A stretch of 42,782 bases of DNA from Planctomycetota bacterium (GCA_016872925.1 VGYR01000001.1:1-42782), one strand, 5' to 3'; positions 28,313 to 37,731 are shown, counted from the first letter of the stretch. Program-made: numbers and translations. Notes: a model not told the origin generated them from the letters alone.

Positions 28313-29656
28313 ATGCCCGCCGCCAACCCCATCCTGATTCCCGAACTGCGGGTGATGCTCGCCGAGGGAGACGCGGCCGGCCTCCGCGAGGTGGCCGACG
28401 AACTCCATCCGGCCACGGTCGCCGAGTTCACCGAGGGGCTCGACGACGGCGAGCTCTGGCGGATGCTCGACGCCGTGCCCGTCGAGCGGCAGGCGGAGAT
28501 CTTTCCGTACTACCCGATGCCGCGGCAGGTGGCGCTGATGCGGGCCGCCGACCGGCAGCACCTCGGCGGGCTGATCGAGTGGATGGCCCCCGACAGCCGC
28601 GACGACCTGCTGCGGGAGCTCGACCCGGAGTTCGTGGAGGACATCCTGCCGCTGGTTGCCAAGGCCGAGCGGCACGACATCCGGATGCTGCTCTCCTGCC
28701 CGGAGGGCTCGGCCGGCTCGATGATGACGACGGAATACGCGTCGCTCCCCGCCGAGATCACGGCCGGCGAGGCGATCGCCCGGCTCCGCTCCCAGGCCCC
28801 CAACAGCGAATCGATTTACTACATCTACGTGCTCGACGCCGAGCGGCGGCTGCTGGGCTTCGTGTCGCTCCGCGACCTGATCCTGGCCAAACCGACGAGC
28901 CTCGTGTCGGACCTGATGCAGAAGGACGTGATCACGGTCCGGATGGACGACCCGCGGGAGCGCGTGGTCGAGCAGCTCGCCCGGTTCGACTTCATCGCCA
29001 TCCCGGTGGTCGACGACCGCGGGCGGCTGGTGGGCATCGTCACCCACGACGACGTGCTCGACGCCGTCCGCCAGGAGGCCACCGACGAGGCCCAGATGAG
29101 CGCCGCCATCACCCCGCTCGGCGAGAGCTACCTGGAGGCGGCCCTCGTGTCGCTCACCTGGAAGCGGGGCATCTGGCTGACGATCCTGTTCGCCACGGCG
29201 GCGGTGACGGCGATGGTGCTGGCCCGCTGGAAGTCGCCGCACGCCTGGCTCGTGGCCTTCATTCCGCTGGTGATCGCCAGCGGCGGCAACTCGGGCAACC
29301 AGGCGGCCACGCTCGTGATCACGGCCCTCTCGACCGGCGACTGCAAGCTCGGCGACTGGAAGCGGATCCTGCGGCGCGAGTTCGCCGTGAGCCTGATGCT
29401 CGGCCTGCTGCTGGCGATCCCCGGCTACCTGCTCGGCCTCGCCTTCGCCCCGGACGCCACGCACGCCCTGGTGATCCCGGCCACGATCCTCTCCGTGGTG
29501 ATGGTGGGATCGCTCGTGGGCTGCGTGCTGCCGCTGATCTTCCGGTCGCTGGGCCTCGACCCGGCGCTGATGAGCAATCCCTTCGTGTCGGCGATCGTCG
29601 ACGTGGTGGGCATCGTGATCTACATGGGGATCGCGTTGGCCCTGCTCGGGAGCTGA
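28313..29656 (+). CDS. mgtE: Magnesium transporter MgtE
   Basis: N-domain, CBS pair (VITVRMDD...; AIPVVDDRGRLVGIVTHDDVLD) and TM domain with SGGNSGNQ signature. 447 aa. Confidence 0.95.
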   Translation: MPAANPILIPELRVMLAEGDAAGLREVADELHPATVAEFTEGLDDGELWRMLDAVPVERQAEIFPYYPMPRQVALMRAADRQHLGGLIEWMAPDSRDDLLRELDPEFVEDILPLVAKAERHDIRMLLSCPEGSAGSMMTTEYASLPAEITAGEAIARLRSQAPNSESIYYIYVLDAERRLLGFVSLRDLILAKPTSLVSDLMQKDVITVRMDDPRERVVEQLARFDFIAIPVVDDRGRLVGIVTHDDVLDAVRQEATDEAQMSAAITPLGESYLEAALVSLTWKRGIWLTILFATAAVTAMVLARWKSPHAWLVAFIPLVIASGGNSGNQAATLVITALSTGDCKLGDWKRILRREFAVSLMLGLLLAIPGYLLGLAFAPDATHALVIPATILSVVMVGSLVGCVLPLIFRSLGLDPALMSNPFVSAIVDVVGIVIYMGIALALLGS

Positions 29657-29900
29657 CGCCCCCTCGGGATACAGGCTTTCAACCTGTGCGTGTCACCCAC
29701 CATGCGGGGTGAACGCGCCGCAGTCGGCATTCGAGAGCGTGGATGCCACGATGGCGTCCACGAACGTCCGGCGAGGGGGCACGGGCGGCCCCGAGTCCGC
29801 GCCACGTGTGACCCAGTCCCCATCGCTTCCGCGATTGGGGCTTCCGGTGCGAGGTCTGCGAGGGTGCGCCGCGGGCTTCGGCGGCGGCGCGGGTCGTGAC
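29657..29900. repeat. Intergenic mosaic repeat locus C
   Basis: H2-type hairpin ACAGGCTTTCAACCTGTG at 29671..29688. Long module L at 29711..29875 (about 165 bp, aligning with the reverse complement of 26571..26733). Module P at 29818..29846. Confidence 0.85.
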
Positions 29901-29967
29901 GATCACCCGCTCGACGCCGTCCTGCTTGTCCACGACGGCGACGAGCTTCCCCTCCGGATTCGCCTTT

Positions 29968-32451
29968 TCAAGGATCGCCCGGAGGATTTCCAGGGCCGGC
30001 GGGTGGGGCGAGGCCGGCGGCGGGATCGGACCAACCCGCCACCTGGGCAAGCGCGAGTTCCGCCGCCAGGGTGATGTTGTGGGCCGCATGGCGGGGCAGA
30101 TAGGCATTGAGCACCGCCCCCTCGCCCTCCGACCCGCTTCGCACCCGCTCCGCCACGACCCGCAGCATCGCGGGCAGGCGCAGCACGACCGCGCGGCCGT
30201 AGGAATCGGGCTCGAAGGCCGCAGGCTGGCTGGCGATCCGATCGGAAAGCCCGGCGACGCTCCGGGCGAGGTCGGTCGCGAGTCGCTTCGCCATGACGTC
30301 GGGCGCCGGCACCGCGTCGAGTTCCACGTAGCAGGTGTCGCCGAAGTGCAGCGACAAGCCCGCCGCCTGGATCGACTCCCCGCAGATCGAATCCAGCGGC
30401 GCGGCCAGCGGTGCGAGCGGTCCGGCGAGGAGAGCCCTGCCCGTCCGCAGGACCGACTGCGGTGAAGCGATCAGCGTCAGGTGACGGTCGGCGTCGAGCA
30501 TGCCGACCAGCGCCTCCATGGCGACCGGCACCACCGCCCGCACCGGCAGCGACTCGTCGGCCGCGAGCGGCCCGGCGTCGCGGATCATTCGCTCCATCGG
30601 CGACGAGTCTCCATCGGCCGACGTGCTCGTCGGCGTCATGACCAGCACCCGGCCCCGCTCGGCCCGCGGCGACCAGAAGGAGAGCGTCTCCCCCTCGAAC
30701 ACCTGTTCGTCGTCGATCACCCGCCGGGTCGTCGGGCCCCAGGCCCGCTCGCGTGCCGCGGCGTCCTCCGGTGCCGCCCGGCCCGCCGCGAAGCGGACCG
30801 AGCAGGTGCCGACGACCTCGTCCCCTTCCTCGACGAGCCACGCCATCTGGACCGACTCGATCGCCGACACGTCGCCGCCGCAGAGCGCCACGAGCCGATC
30901 GATGGCGGCCTCGACCGCGGGCCCCAGTGACCGCAGGAACAGCCTTCCCTCCTCGTCGGCAGCGACGTCGGCCAGGCGGACGAGCAGGACGGCTTCCGCC
31001 CCCGGCAGAAGAAAGGCGAGCGTGGGGGGCGATCCGGCCGTCGGTGACGCCCAGGGGAGCGCGGGATCGTCCTCGACCCGGCGGCTGGGCGAAGCGACGG
31101 GGCTGGTTGGCCGCGCTGTCCGGTTCAGATCCAGCGGTGCGGGGGCCACGGCATCGATCGAATCGGGCTGCGCACCATCGGCGGGCTGGGTTCGCGCGGC
31201 AATGGGCCTGGAACGGCGTCGTTCCCCGCCGCGCGACGTCAGCACCACGGCAGTCCCGGCCGCCAGCAGTGCGGACGCACCGATGCCGACCCACGGAAGC
31301 CAGACGGCCCGCCGCCGGGTCGCGCGACCACGGGTCGGTGATGCCGTGGCGAAGTCGAAGGCGGCTGCGCCGGGTGCCGGCTCTTCCGCAGGTCGGCTCG
31401 CGGCGGCATCAGCCGCCACCGGATGGGCCACGTCGAGGCAGCTGGAGAGTGCCGCTGCAGCCTCGCGCAGGCCGCGGGGTCGCCGGGCGGGATCATGGGC
31501 CAGCATCCGCTGCGCGACCGCGGCCAGGGCGGGCGGCACGGCCGAAGGCGGCGACGAGCCGGCACCGTCGCGGTTCGGGCCGCTCCCGGTCAGCAGTGCC
31601 TGCAGGACGGCTCCGAGGGCATACACGTCGGACGGCGCATGGCACTCGGCTGCGGCGGCGGCGAGTTCGGGCGCGAGGAACGCCTCTCGGCGGCGAACCC
31701 GCTCACCCGCATCGGGAGCGGCCTGCGGCGGCCGCAGAGGAACCACGTGCGGATCCGAGGCGAGTGGAAACTGCAGCAGCCGCACCCGCCCGCTCCGCGG
31801 ATCGCTCCCCGGCGAACTCGGCTCGCGAACGAGGGCGTCGAGCGACAGCCCGCCGTGCACGCCGCCGAGGGCGTGAAGTTCCGCGACGGCCTCAGCGGCC
31901 TCGAGCGCCACCAGGCCGGCCTCCCGCGGCGGCAGGGGTCCGAGCCGATCGACTTCATCGGCAAGGCTCTCCCCCCGCACGGGCTCACAGACGACGAATC
32001 TCGCCGCATCGACCTGCTCGAGCGACCACGTGCGGAGCAGCATGGGATGCTTGGCCCGCGCGGCGGTCGCGGCACGGATGGTGATCGCATCCCAGACCAG
32101 CGGGTCGCGGCACCGCTTCGCGTTGAGGACCACGAGCGTGACGGCGTGGCCGGTGGGCTCGTGGCGGGCGGTGAACACCAGCGTGTCGCCGGCCCGCTCA
32201 TGCCGCTCGACGAGCCGGTAGGCGCCGAGAAAAAACGGGGCGGTGCTGCCGGTCAGCAGCTGCTTCGCCTGCCAGCGGGAGAGCGTGCCCCGGCTCACGA
32301 GCCAGGCGGCGATCGCCGGAGCGGAGCCGTCGCCGGCCGTGGAGCGAGGCCGCGCCGCATGCTCGGCACGAAGGGCGGCCGCCGCGCCGGCCTCGATCAG
32401 CCGGGAGCGGACGAGCGCCTGCCAGAGGTCGTCGGGCGTGGGAGCGGGCAT
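29968..32451 (-). CDS. Transmembrane Ser/Thr-kinase-like protein, predicted pseudokinase; the 3' end is possibly frameshifted
   Basis: ATG 32451. Kinase fold is recognisable (LAPEL, SDVYALGAVLQALLTG, HDPARRP), but VAIK is VTLVVL, HRDxKxxN is VHGGLSLDA and DFG is QFP. One TM helix (VWLPWVGIGASALLAAGTAVVLT), then a ~400-aa extracytoplasmic domain. From about 30030 downward, coding signal continues in the +1 frame. Confidence 0.75.
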   Translation of the reverse strand: MPAPTPDDLWQALVRSRLIEAGAAAALRAEHAARPRSTAGDGSAPAIAAWLVSRGTLSRWQAKQLLTGSTAPFFLGAYRLVERHERAGDTLVFTARHEPTGHAVTLVVLNAKRCRDPLVWDAITIRAATAARAKHPMLLRTWSLEQVDAARFVVCEPVRGESLADEVDRLGPLPPREAGLVALEAAEAVAELHALGGVHGGLSLDALVREPSSPGSDPRSGRVRLLQFPLASDPHVVPLRPPQAAPDAGERVRRREAFLAPELAAAAAECHAPSDVYALGAVLQALLTGSGPNRDGAGSSPPSAVPPALAAVAQRMLAHDPARRPRGLREAAAALSSCLDVAHPVAADAAASRPAEEPAPGAAAFDFATASPTRGRATRRRAVWLPWVGIGASALLAAGTAVVLTSRGGERRRSRPIAARTQPADGAQPDSIDAVAPAPLDLNRTARPTSPVASPSRRVEDDPALPWASPTAGSPPTLAFLLPGAEAVLLVRLADVAADEEGRLFLRSLGPAVEAAIDRLVALCGGDVSAIESVQMAWLVEEGDEVVGTCSVRFAAGRAAPEDAAARERAWGPTTRRVIDDEQVFEGETLSFWSPRAERGRVLVMTPTSTSADGDSSPMERMIRDAGPLAADESLPVRAVVPVAMEALVGMLDADRHLTLIASPQSVLRTGRALLAGPLAPLAAPLDSICGESIQAAGLSLHFGDTCYVELDAVPAPDVMAKRLATDLARSVAGLSDRIASQPAAFEPDSYGRAVVLRLPAMLRVVAERVRSGSEGEGAVLNAYLPRHAAHNITLAAELALAQVAGWSDPAAGLAPPAGPGNPPGDP

Positions 32452-32598
32452 CTCGACACGGGCGAGGAACGTTGACGAGCTGGACTGATGGTACCGCCTT
32501 CCCGCCACGCCTTCGTAGCCCGCGGGTCCCGCCGGCTGCGGATCGCGCCTGGTATGATCCTCGTCCCGCCCGAAGATTCCCCATGGAGACCGGCTCGC

Positions 32599-33834
32599 AT
32601 GCGTGCCAGTGACGCCACGCGGATCTACTTCGACCGGGCCGCCGACGAGCTCGACCTGTCGGCCAGCATGCGGCTGCTGCTCGCCACGCCCGAGCGGGAG
32701 GTGACGGTCCAACTGCCGGTGGAGCGCGACTCCGGCGAGCTCGCCACGTTCATCGGCTACCGCGTGCAGCACAACGACGCCCGCGGGCCGTTCAAGGGGG
32801 GCCTGCGGTACCACCCGCGGGTCGACCTCGACGACGTCCGGGCGCTGGCCGCTCTGATGACCTGGAAGACGGCGGTCGTCGACATCCCGTTCGGCGGGGC
32901 GAAGGGGGGCGTGGCGGTCGATCCGAAGGACTGCTCGCTGCGGGAACTCGAGCGGATCACGCGGAAGTTCGTCGACGCCCTCCACGACATGTTCGGCCCC
33001 GACGTCGACATCCCGGCGCCCGACATGGGCACCACCGCCGACATGATGGCCTGGGTCATGAACCAGTACGGCCGCTACCACGGCTTCGCGCCGGGCTGCG
33101 TGACCGGCAAGCCGGTCGACTACCACGGCATCCCCGGCCGCGAGGAGGCGACGGGCCGCGGCGTGGGAGCCCTCACGCTCAAGCTCCTCAGCCGGCTCGG
33201 CCGCACGATCCCGGGCACGCGGATCGCGATCCAGGGCTTCGGCAACGTCGGCAGCCACGCGGCGAAGTACCTGGCTGACGCCGAGTGCCGGATCGTGGCA
33301 GTGGGCGACGCCACGGCCTCGTTTCGAAACGACGCGGGCCTCGACGTGCTCGAGCTTCTCCGGCACGTCCGCGGCACCGGGGGCCGGCTCGCCGGCTTCG
33401 CAGGGGGCGACGCGCTGCCGGCCGGCGAGCTGCTCGCCACCGACTGCGACGTGCTCGTGCCGGCGGCCCTCGGGGGCGTGATCACGGCCGCCAACGCCGA
33501 CGCGATCCGGGCGCCGATCATCGTCGAGGGAGCCAACGCGCCGGTCGAGCCGGATGCCGACGACCGGCTCACGGCCCGGGGCGTGGTGGTGCTGCCCGAC
33601 ATCCTCGCCAACGCGGGCGGCGTGACGGCGAGCTGGTTCGAGTGGGTGCAGAACCGGCAGTACTACCAGTGGGGCCTCGACCGCGTACGGGGCGAGCTCG
33701 ACCGGATTCTCGGCCGCGCCTTCGAGGAGGTGTGGCAGCTGGCGCAGGCGCGGAAGCTCCCGCTCCGCACCGCGGCCTACATGGTCGGCGTGGGCCGCGT
33801 GGCCCGCGCCACCGCCCTCGGCGGCCCGGGGTGA
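32599..33834 (+). CDS. gdh: Glutamate dehydrogenase (Glu/Leu/Phe/Val dehydrogenase family)
   Basis: ATG 32599 with GGAG upstream. FKGGLRYHP, PFGGAKGG, GFGNVGS. Confidence 0.93.
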   Translation: MRASDATRIYFDRAADELDLSASMRLLLATPEREVTVQLPVERDSGELATFIGYRVQHNDARGPFKGGLRYHPRVDLDDVRALAALMTWKTAVVDIPFGGAKGGVAVDPKDCSLRELERITRKFVDALHDMFGPDVDIPAPDMGTTADMMAWVMNQYGRYHGFAPGCVTGKPVDYHGIPGREEATGRGVGALTLKLLSRLGRTIPGTRIAIQGFGNVGSHAAKYLADAECRIVAVGDATASFRNDAGLDVLELLRHVRGTGGRLAGFAGGDALPAGELLATDCDVLVPAALGGVITAANADAIRAPIIVEGANAPVEPDADDRLTARGVVVLPDILANAGGVTASWFEWVQNRQYYQWGLDRVRGELDRILGRAFEEVWQLAQARKLPLRTAAYMVGVGRVARATALGGPG

Positions 33835-33850
33835 CGCGGCGGTGCGGTGG

Positions 33851-34050
33851 AGCCCCCATCGCTCACGCGATTGGGGCTTCCGAAGGGCATGGTCGTCGCT
33901 CGGCAACCTCCGGAAGCGTGACCGCGTGAGCGGTACGGCTGAACCACGCCACCCTCGCTTCAGCCCCCATCGCTCACGCGATTGGGGCTTCCGAAGGGCA
34001 TGGTCGTCGCTCGGCAACCTCCGGAAGCGTGACCGCGTGAGCGGTACGGC
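33851..34050. repeat. Perfect tandem duplication: two identical 89-bp units, period 111 bp (repeat locus D)
   Basis: 33851..33939 and 33962..34050 are identical base for base. Each unit begins with module P (CCCCATCGCTCACGCGATTGGGGCTTCCG). Each also contains CTTCCGAAGG...CCTCCGGAAG and an ACCGC-GTGA-GCGGT hairpin. The spacer and trailing sequence share ..ACCACGCC. Confidence 0.95.
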
Positions 34051-34080
34051 GGCACCACGCCGGACATGCTCGCCGGGCGC

Positions 34081-36105
34081 TCACCGCTGTGACGGCCGAT
34101 ACCACGCGCCGCGCAGCCAGTCGGCCAGGATCTCGATCTGCTCGCGGGTGAGTTGCGGCAGCTCCCCCTCGGCCGCGACGCCGAACCGCGGCATGCGGTC
34201 GTTGGCGTGCCCGTAGAACCTCTCGTGCGCCGGGTCGGCGATGATCCCCACGAGCCATTCGCGGCCTCCCCAGCCGGTGAGGTCGGGTTCGCCGCTGAGC
34301 TCGGCGCCGTTGTCGCGGAACCGGTGGCAGCCGCCGCAGCGGTCGTCCGCCGCCACGAGTTCTCGGCCCCGCTCCACGAGGCCGGCGATCTCCGGCGGCA
34401 CGGGGCGTCCGGCCTCCGCCGCCAGCGCGGCCACCACGGCATCGATGTCGGCCCTGGGCCAGGTCGCCTCGTCGGTGAGATCGTCGCGCACGAACGACAC
34501 CATCTCACCGTCCTTGTGGGCCGTGTTGCCGAAGTAGGCGGGGCCGGCGACCTGCTCGGGGTCGAGCAGGCCCCGGATCCAGTCGGCCGAGCCGAAGGCG
34601 AACAGGTTGGCGGCCGACGACGCCGCGATCACGGCCTCCGCGTCGGCGGCCAGTGGGTCGACGTGGGCATGGCAGCCGGCGCAGTGCTGGGCGAAGAGCC
34701 GCGGGCCCTGCATGAGCGGATCGCCGCGGACGACCGCGAGCATCCCGGCCGGCGGAATCCGCTCCGGCCGGCCGGCGAGCTCAACCGCCCGGGCGGCGTC
34801 GGCCTTGGCCAGCTTCACGGCGTCGAGGAACGCCTGCGAGCGGCGGACCTTCTCGAGCGTCTTCCACTGCCGCTCGATCGCCGTGGCCTTGGCCCGATCG
34901 CCGCCGAGCGCCGCCGCGAGTTTCACCCTGTCGCCGCCGGTCTGATCGTGGAGCGTCTCCGCCTCGGCGAGCGCGGCCCGGTCCACCCAAAGCGCGTAAT
35001 AATCCTCGCGGAGGGCCAGCCCCGTGAGCAGGCCCACCCCGGCGAGGATCGCCAGCGTGAAGGCGACGTTGAACCGGTGGCCGAGCCGCCAGCCGCCGAC
35101 GATCGGCATCAGGGCCATCGCGGCCATGATCAGGCCCGGCACGAGGATCGCGCCCACGAACTCGCCCGTCGCTCCCCAGCCCTCGAAGACCTTCAGGAAC
35201 TGGAACAGGAACAGGAAGTACCACTCCGGCCGGGCGGCGGCGTAGGGCTGCGAGGGATCGGCCGGGGCGCCGAGCTCGGCGCCCAAGTGCCCGGGATGGA
35301 CCGCCTCGCCCGCCAGCATCGCCCGCGCCGCGGGCACCAGGATCACGCCGAGCACCACCGCCATCACGGCGAGCATCGCCACGGCGTCCTTGAGCAGCTG
35401 GTCGGGCCAGAACATGCCGTCGGGTTTCGTGAGCGGCTGCTTCGCGTGCAGCCCGTGCCGGCGGAACACCGCCAGGTGCACCACCAGGAAGAGCACGAGG
35501 GTGGCCGGCAGGAAGCCCGCGTGCAGGGCGAAGAACCGGGTCAGCGTGTGATGGCCGTACTCGGGGCCGCCGATCACGAGCTGCTGCAGCGACGGCCCGA
35601 CTACGGGGACGATCCCCGCGAGGTTCGTGGCGACGATCGTGGCCCAGTAGCCCTTCTGGTCCCAGGGGAGCAGGTAGCCCGTCAGGGCCATGCCGAGCAC
35701 GAGCATCATCAGCACGAGCCCGAGCCAGAAGTTGACCTCGCGGGGCGCCTTGTAGGCGCCGTCGATCACCACCTGCAGGAGGTGCAGCGCGAGCAGCACC
35801 ACCATCGCCTGGGCCATGACGTGGTGGATCCCGCGGAGCAGCCAGCCGCCGGCCATCTCGTGCTGGATGAAAAACACGCTCTCCCAGGCCGTCTGCGCGC
35901 TGGGGGCGTAGTTCGCCCACAGGAAGAGCCCGGTGATCACCTGCGTGAGGAAGGCGAACACCAGCGTGCTGCCCCAGACATACCGCCAGCGGGCCCCGCC
36001 CGGCACCCGCTCGTAGAGCGCCTCGTGGAGGAGCGCCCGGTAGCCGGTGCGGTCGTCGAGGAAGTCGGCCACGCGGCCGAGCGGCCCCCTGCGTGGCGGC
36101 GTCAT
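34081..36105 (-). CDS. Cytochrome b (b6 + subunit IV-like) fused to a C-terminal di-heme cytochrome c domain
   Basis: ATG 36105 in an ATGA overlap with the Rieske gene. His pairs in RGIHHVMAQAMVVLLALHLL and FFALHAGFLPATLVLFLVVHL. Qo motif PEWYFL. Two CxxCH motifs (CAGCH, CGGCH) in the C-terminal ~250 aa. Confidence 0.9.
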   Translation of the reverse strand: MTPPRRGPLGRVADFLDDRTGYRALLHEALYERVPGGARWRYVWGSTLVFAFLTQVITGLFLWANYAPSAQTAWESVFFIQHEMAGGWLLRGIHHVMAQAMVVLLALHLLQVVIDGAYKAPREVNFWLGLVLMMLVLGMALTGYLLPWDQKGYWATIVATNLAGIVPVVGPSLQQLVIGGPEYGHHTLTRFFALHAGFLPATLVLFLVVHLAVFRRHGLHAKQPLTKPDGMFWPDQLLKDAVAMLAVMAVVLGVILVPAARAMLAGEAVHPGHLGAELGAPADPSQPYAAARPEWYFLFLFQFLKVFEGWGATGEFVGAILVPGLIMAAMALMPIVGGWRLGHRFNVAFTLAILAGVGLLTGLALREDYYALWVDRAALAEAETLHDQTGGDRVKLAAALGGDRAKATAIERQWKTLEKVRRSQAFLDAVKLAKADAARAVELAGRPERIPPAGMLAVVRGDPLMQGPRLFAQHCAGCHAHVDPLAADAEAVIAASSAANLFAFGSADWIRGLLDPEQVAGPAYFGNTAHKDGEMVSFVRDDLTDEATWPRADIDAVVAALAAEAGRPVPPEIAGLVERGRELVAADDRCGGCHRFRDNGAELSGEPDLTGWGGREWLVGIIADPAHERFYGHANDRMPRFGVAAEGELPQLTREQIEILADWLRGAWYRPSQR

Positions 36106-36692
36106 CCCTGCACCACCTTCTCCGCCACGCCGGCGCGGAACCGCTGCCACTTCACCTCGACCTGGCCGTTGCGCCCGACACGGCACTCGAGCGTGTCCAT
36201 CGGGCGGGGGCTCGGGCTCGGGGCCACGATCCCGCCGTCGAGCGTGAAGGAACTGTTGTGGCAGGGGCAGCGGAAGCAGTCGACCGCCCGCTCGAAACCG
36301 ATGAAGCACCCGGCGTGCGGGCAGGTCGCCGAGAGCGCCTGCACCGCGCGGGAGCCCTGCTCACGGCGGAGGTAGACCGCACCGACCGGCTCGGCGGCGA
36401 ATCCCGTCCACGCATCGACACGGTCGGCGATCACGGGAAACTGCCGCGGCACGCCGTCGTCGGGGATCGCCGCGAGGTCCGCCACCCGCAGGAACGTCGC
36501 CGCGCTGCCCTGGCGTCGCAGCGGGTCGAGAAAGGTCCACAGGCCGGCGACGACCGGCGGCAGGGTTGCCAGGCCGCCGCAGGCGACGGCGAGCACCTTG
36601 GCGAGAAAGCCGCGGCGGGATGCGGAGGCGTGGTCGGGGTCGACTACCGCCGCGTCGCGTGGGGACCGAGCATCCACAGGTCGCCGCGGCAT
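36102..36692 (-). CDS. Rieske 2Fe-2S subunit with Tat signal
   Basis: AAGGAGG 7 nt upstream of ATG 36692. SRRGFLAK. CPHAGC ... CPCHNS cluster boxes. Confidence 0.92.
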   Translation of the reverse strand: MPRRPVDARSPRDAAVVDPDHASASRRGFLAKVLAVACGGLATLPPVVAGLWTFLDPLRRQGSAATFLRVADLAAIPDDGVPRQFPVIADRVDAWTGFAAEPVGAVYLRREQGSRAVQALSATCPHAGCFIGFERAVDCFRCPCHNSSFTLDGGIVAPSPSPRPMDTLECRVGRNGQVEVKWQRFRAGVAEKVVQG

Positions 36693-36723
36693 GGCCGGAT
36701 CCTCCTTCTCGCGGTGTTCCCGA

Positions 36724-37731
36724 TCAGCAGGCCGCGGCCTGCAGGGCGAGCCAGGCCTCGTCCATGGCGGCCAGCACCCGCTCCTCGGCCGCCTCGAACG
36801 GGCCGTCGAGGATCGTGCCGGCGGCCGCCTTGTGGCCGCCGCCGCCGAACCGGGCGGCGAGCGTGTTGCAGTCGAGCCGACCGCGGCTGCGGAAGCTCAC
36901 CTTGATTCGTCCGTCGGGCTGCTCGATCAGGATCACGGCCGCCTCCGTCCCCTTCACGGCCAGGGTCAGGTTGACGAGGTCCTCGGTGTCGGCGGGCTGG
37001 GCGTGCACCTCCTTGATGTCCCTCTGCCGGACCGTCGAGACGATCACCTTGCCGTCGTGCCGCGTGGCCGCGCCCGCGAGCGTGCGGCCCACGAGGTTCA
37101 GGCGGGCGAGCGTGTCCTGCTCGAAGAGCTCGCGGTAGACCGCCGTGGGGTTGGCGCCCGCGTCGACGAGCCGGCCGGCGATCCGGAAGCTCTCGCCGCT
37201 GACGCTCGGAAAGCGGAAGCCCCCGGTGTCGGTGGAGAGGCCGGCATACAGCGGCGTGGCGATCGCCTCGGTGAGCGGCACGCGCAGGCGGAGGGCGATC
37301 TCGTAGACGATCCGGGCGGTCGCCTCGGCCGCGGTGTCCTTGAACCAGCGGTCGGAGAGGTCGTCCTCGCTGACGTGGTGGTCGATCACGAGCACCCGGT
37401 CGCGCATCGACTTCGCCACGTCCCCCATCGCCCCGAGCTGCGCCCAGGCGCTGGTGTCGAGCACGATCAGGAGATCGCGGTCGGCGAGGTCGGCCGGCCG
37501 CACCCGCTCGGCGAGCGACTCGATCCGGCCCCGCGGGTCGATCCACTTGAGGTTCGCCGGCGTGGCCTGCGCGTTGACGATCCGCACGTCCTTGCCGAGC
37601 GCGTCGAGGATCCCGGCCATGCCGAGCTCGCTGCCGAGGGCGTCGCAGTCGGGCCGCACGTGGCTGGTGAGCACGGCCTTCGAGCAGCCGCGGAGCACGT
37701 CGAGGAGCGCGGACCAGTCGAGTCGCATCAT
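36724..37731 (-). CDS. nrnA: DHH-family phosphoesterase (NrnA-like oligoribonuclease / pAp phosphatase)
   Basis: HVRPDCDALGS, LIVLDTS, VIDHH, FGGGGH. Start chosen at ATG 37731 (ATGA overlap with the ribF stop). ATG 37749 is the alternative. Confidence 0.85.
   Translation of the reverse strand: MMRLDWSALLDVLRGCSKAVLTSHVRPDCDALGSELGMAGILDALGKDVRIVNAQATPANLKWIDPRGRIESLAERVRPADLADRDLLIVLDTSAWAQLGAMGDVAKSMRDRVLVIDHHVSEDDLSDRWFKDTAAEATARIVYEIALRLRVPLTEAIATPLYAGLSTDTGGFRFPSVSGESFRIAGRLVDAGANPTAVYRELFEQDTLARLNLVGRTLAGAATRHDGKVIVSTVRQRDIKEVHAQPADTEDLVNLTLAVKGTEAAVILIEQPDGRIKVSFRSRGRLDCNTLAARFGGGGHKAAAGTILDGPFEAAEERVLAAMDEAWLALQAAAC

Noticed and set aside
29903-31294. 463-aa minus ORF overlapping the kinase-like gene
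   Set aside because: It is an alternative frame of the pseudokinase gene with an Arg/Gly/Pro-rich translation. Only the short +1-frame segment near 29880..30030 shows real coding bias, and that segment is reported separately as a frameshift.
32452-34017. N-terminal 520 aa of the 1349-aa ORF 29968..34017, and the 5' parts of ORFs 37728..40697, 37842..40403, 25056..27236, 16617..18260 and 832..1947
   Set aside because: These are upstream read-through extensions. They run antisense through neighbouring genes or through repeat loci. In each case the recognisable protein begins at an internal start with a plausible RBS or a start/stop overlap.
33851-34050. Possible CRISPR array
   Set aside because: There are only two repeat copies. 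The repeat is 89 bp long, the spacer is only 22 bp, and no cas genes are nearby. The unit also shares a module with the other intergenic repeats. It is a tandem duplication, not a CRISPR array.
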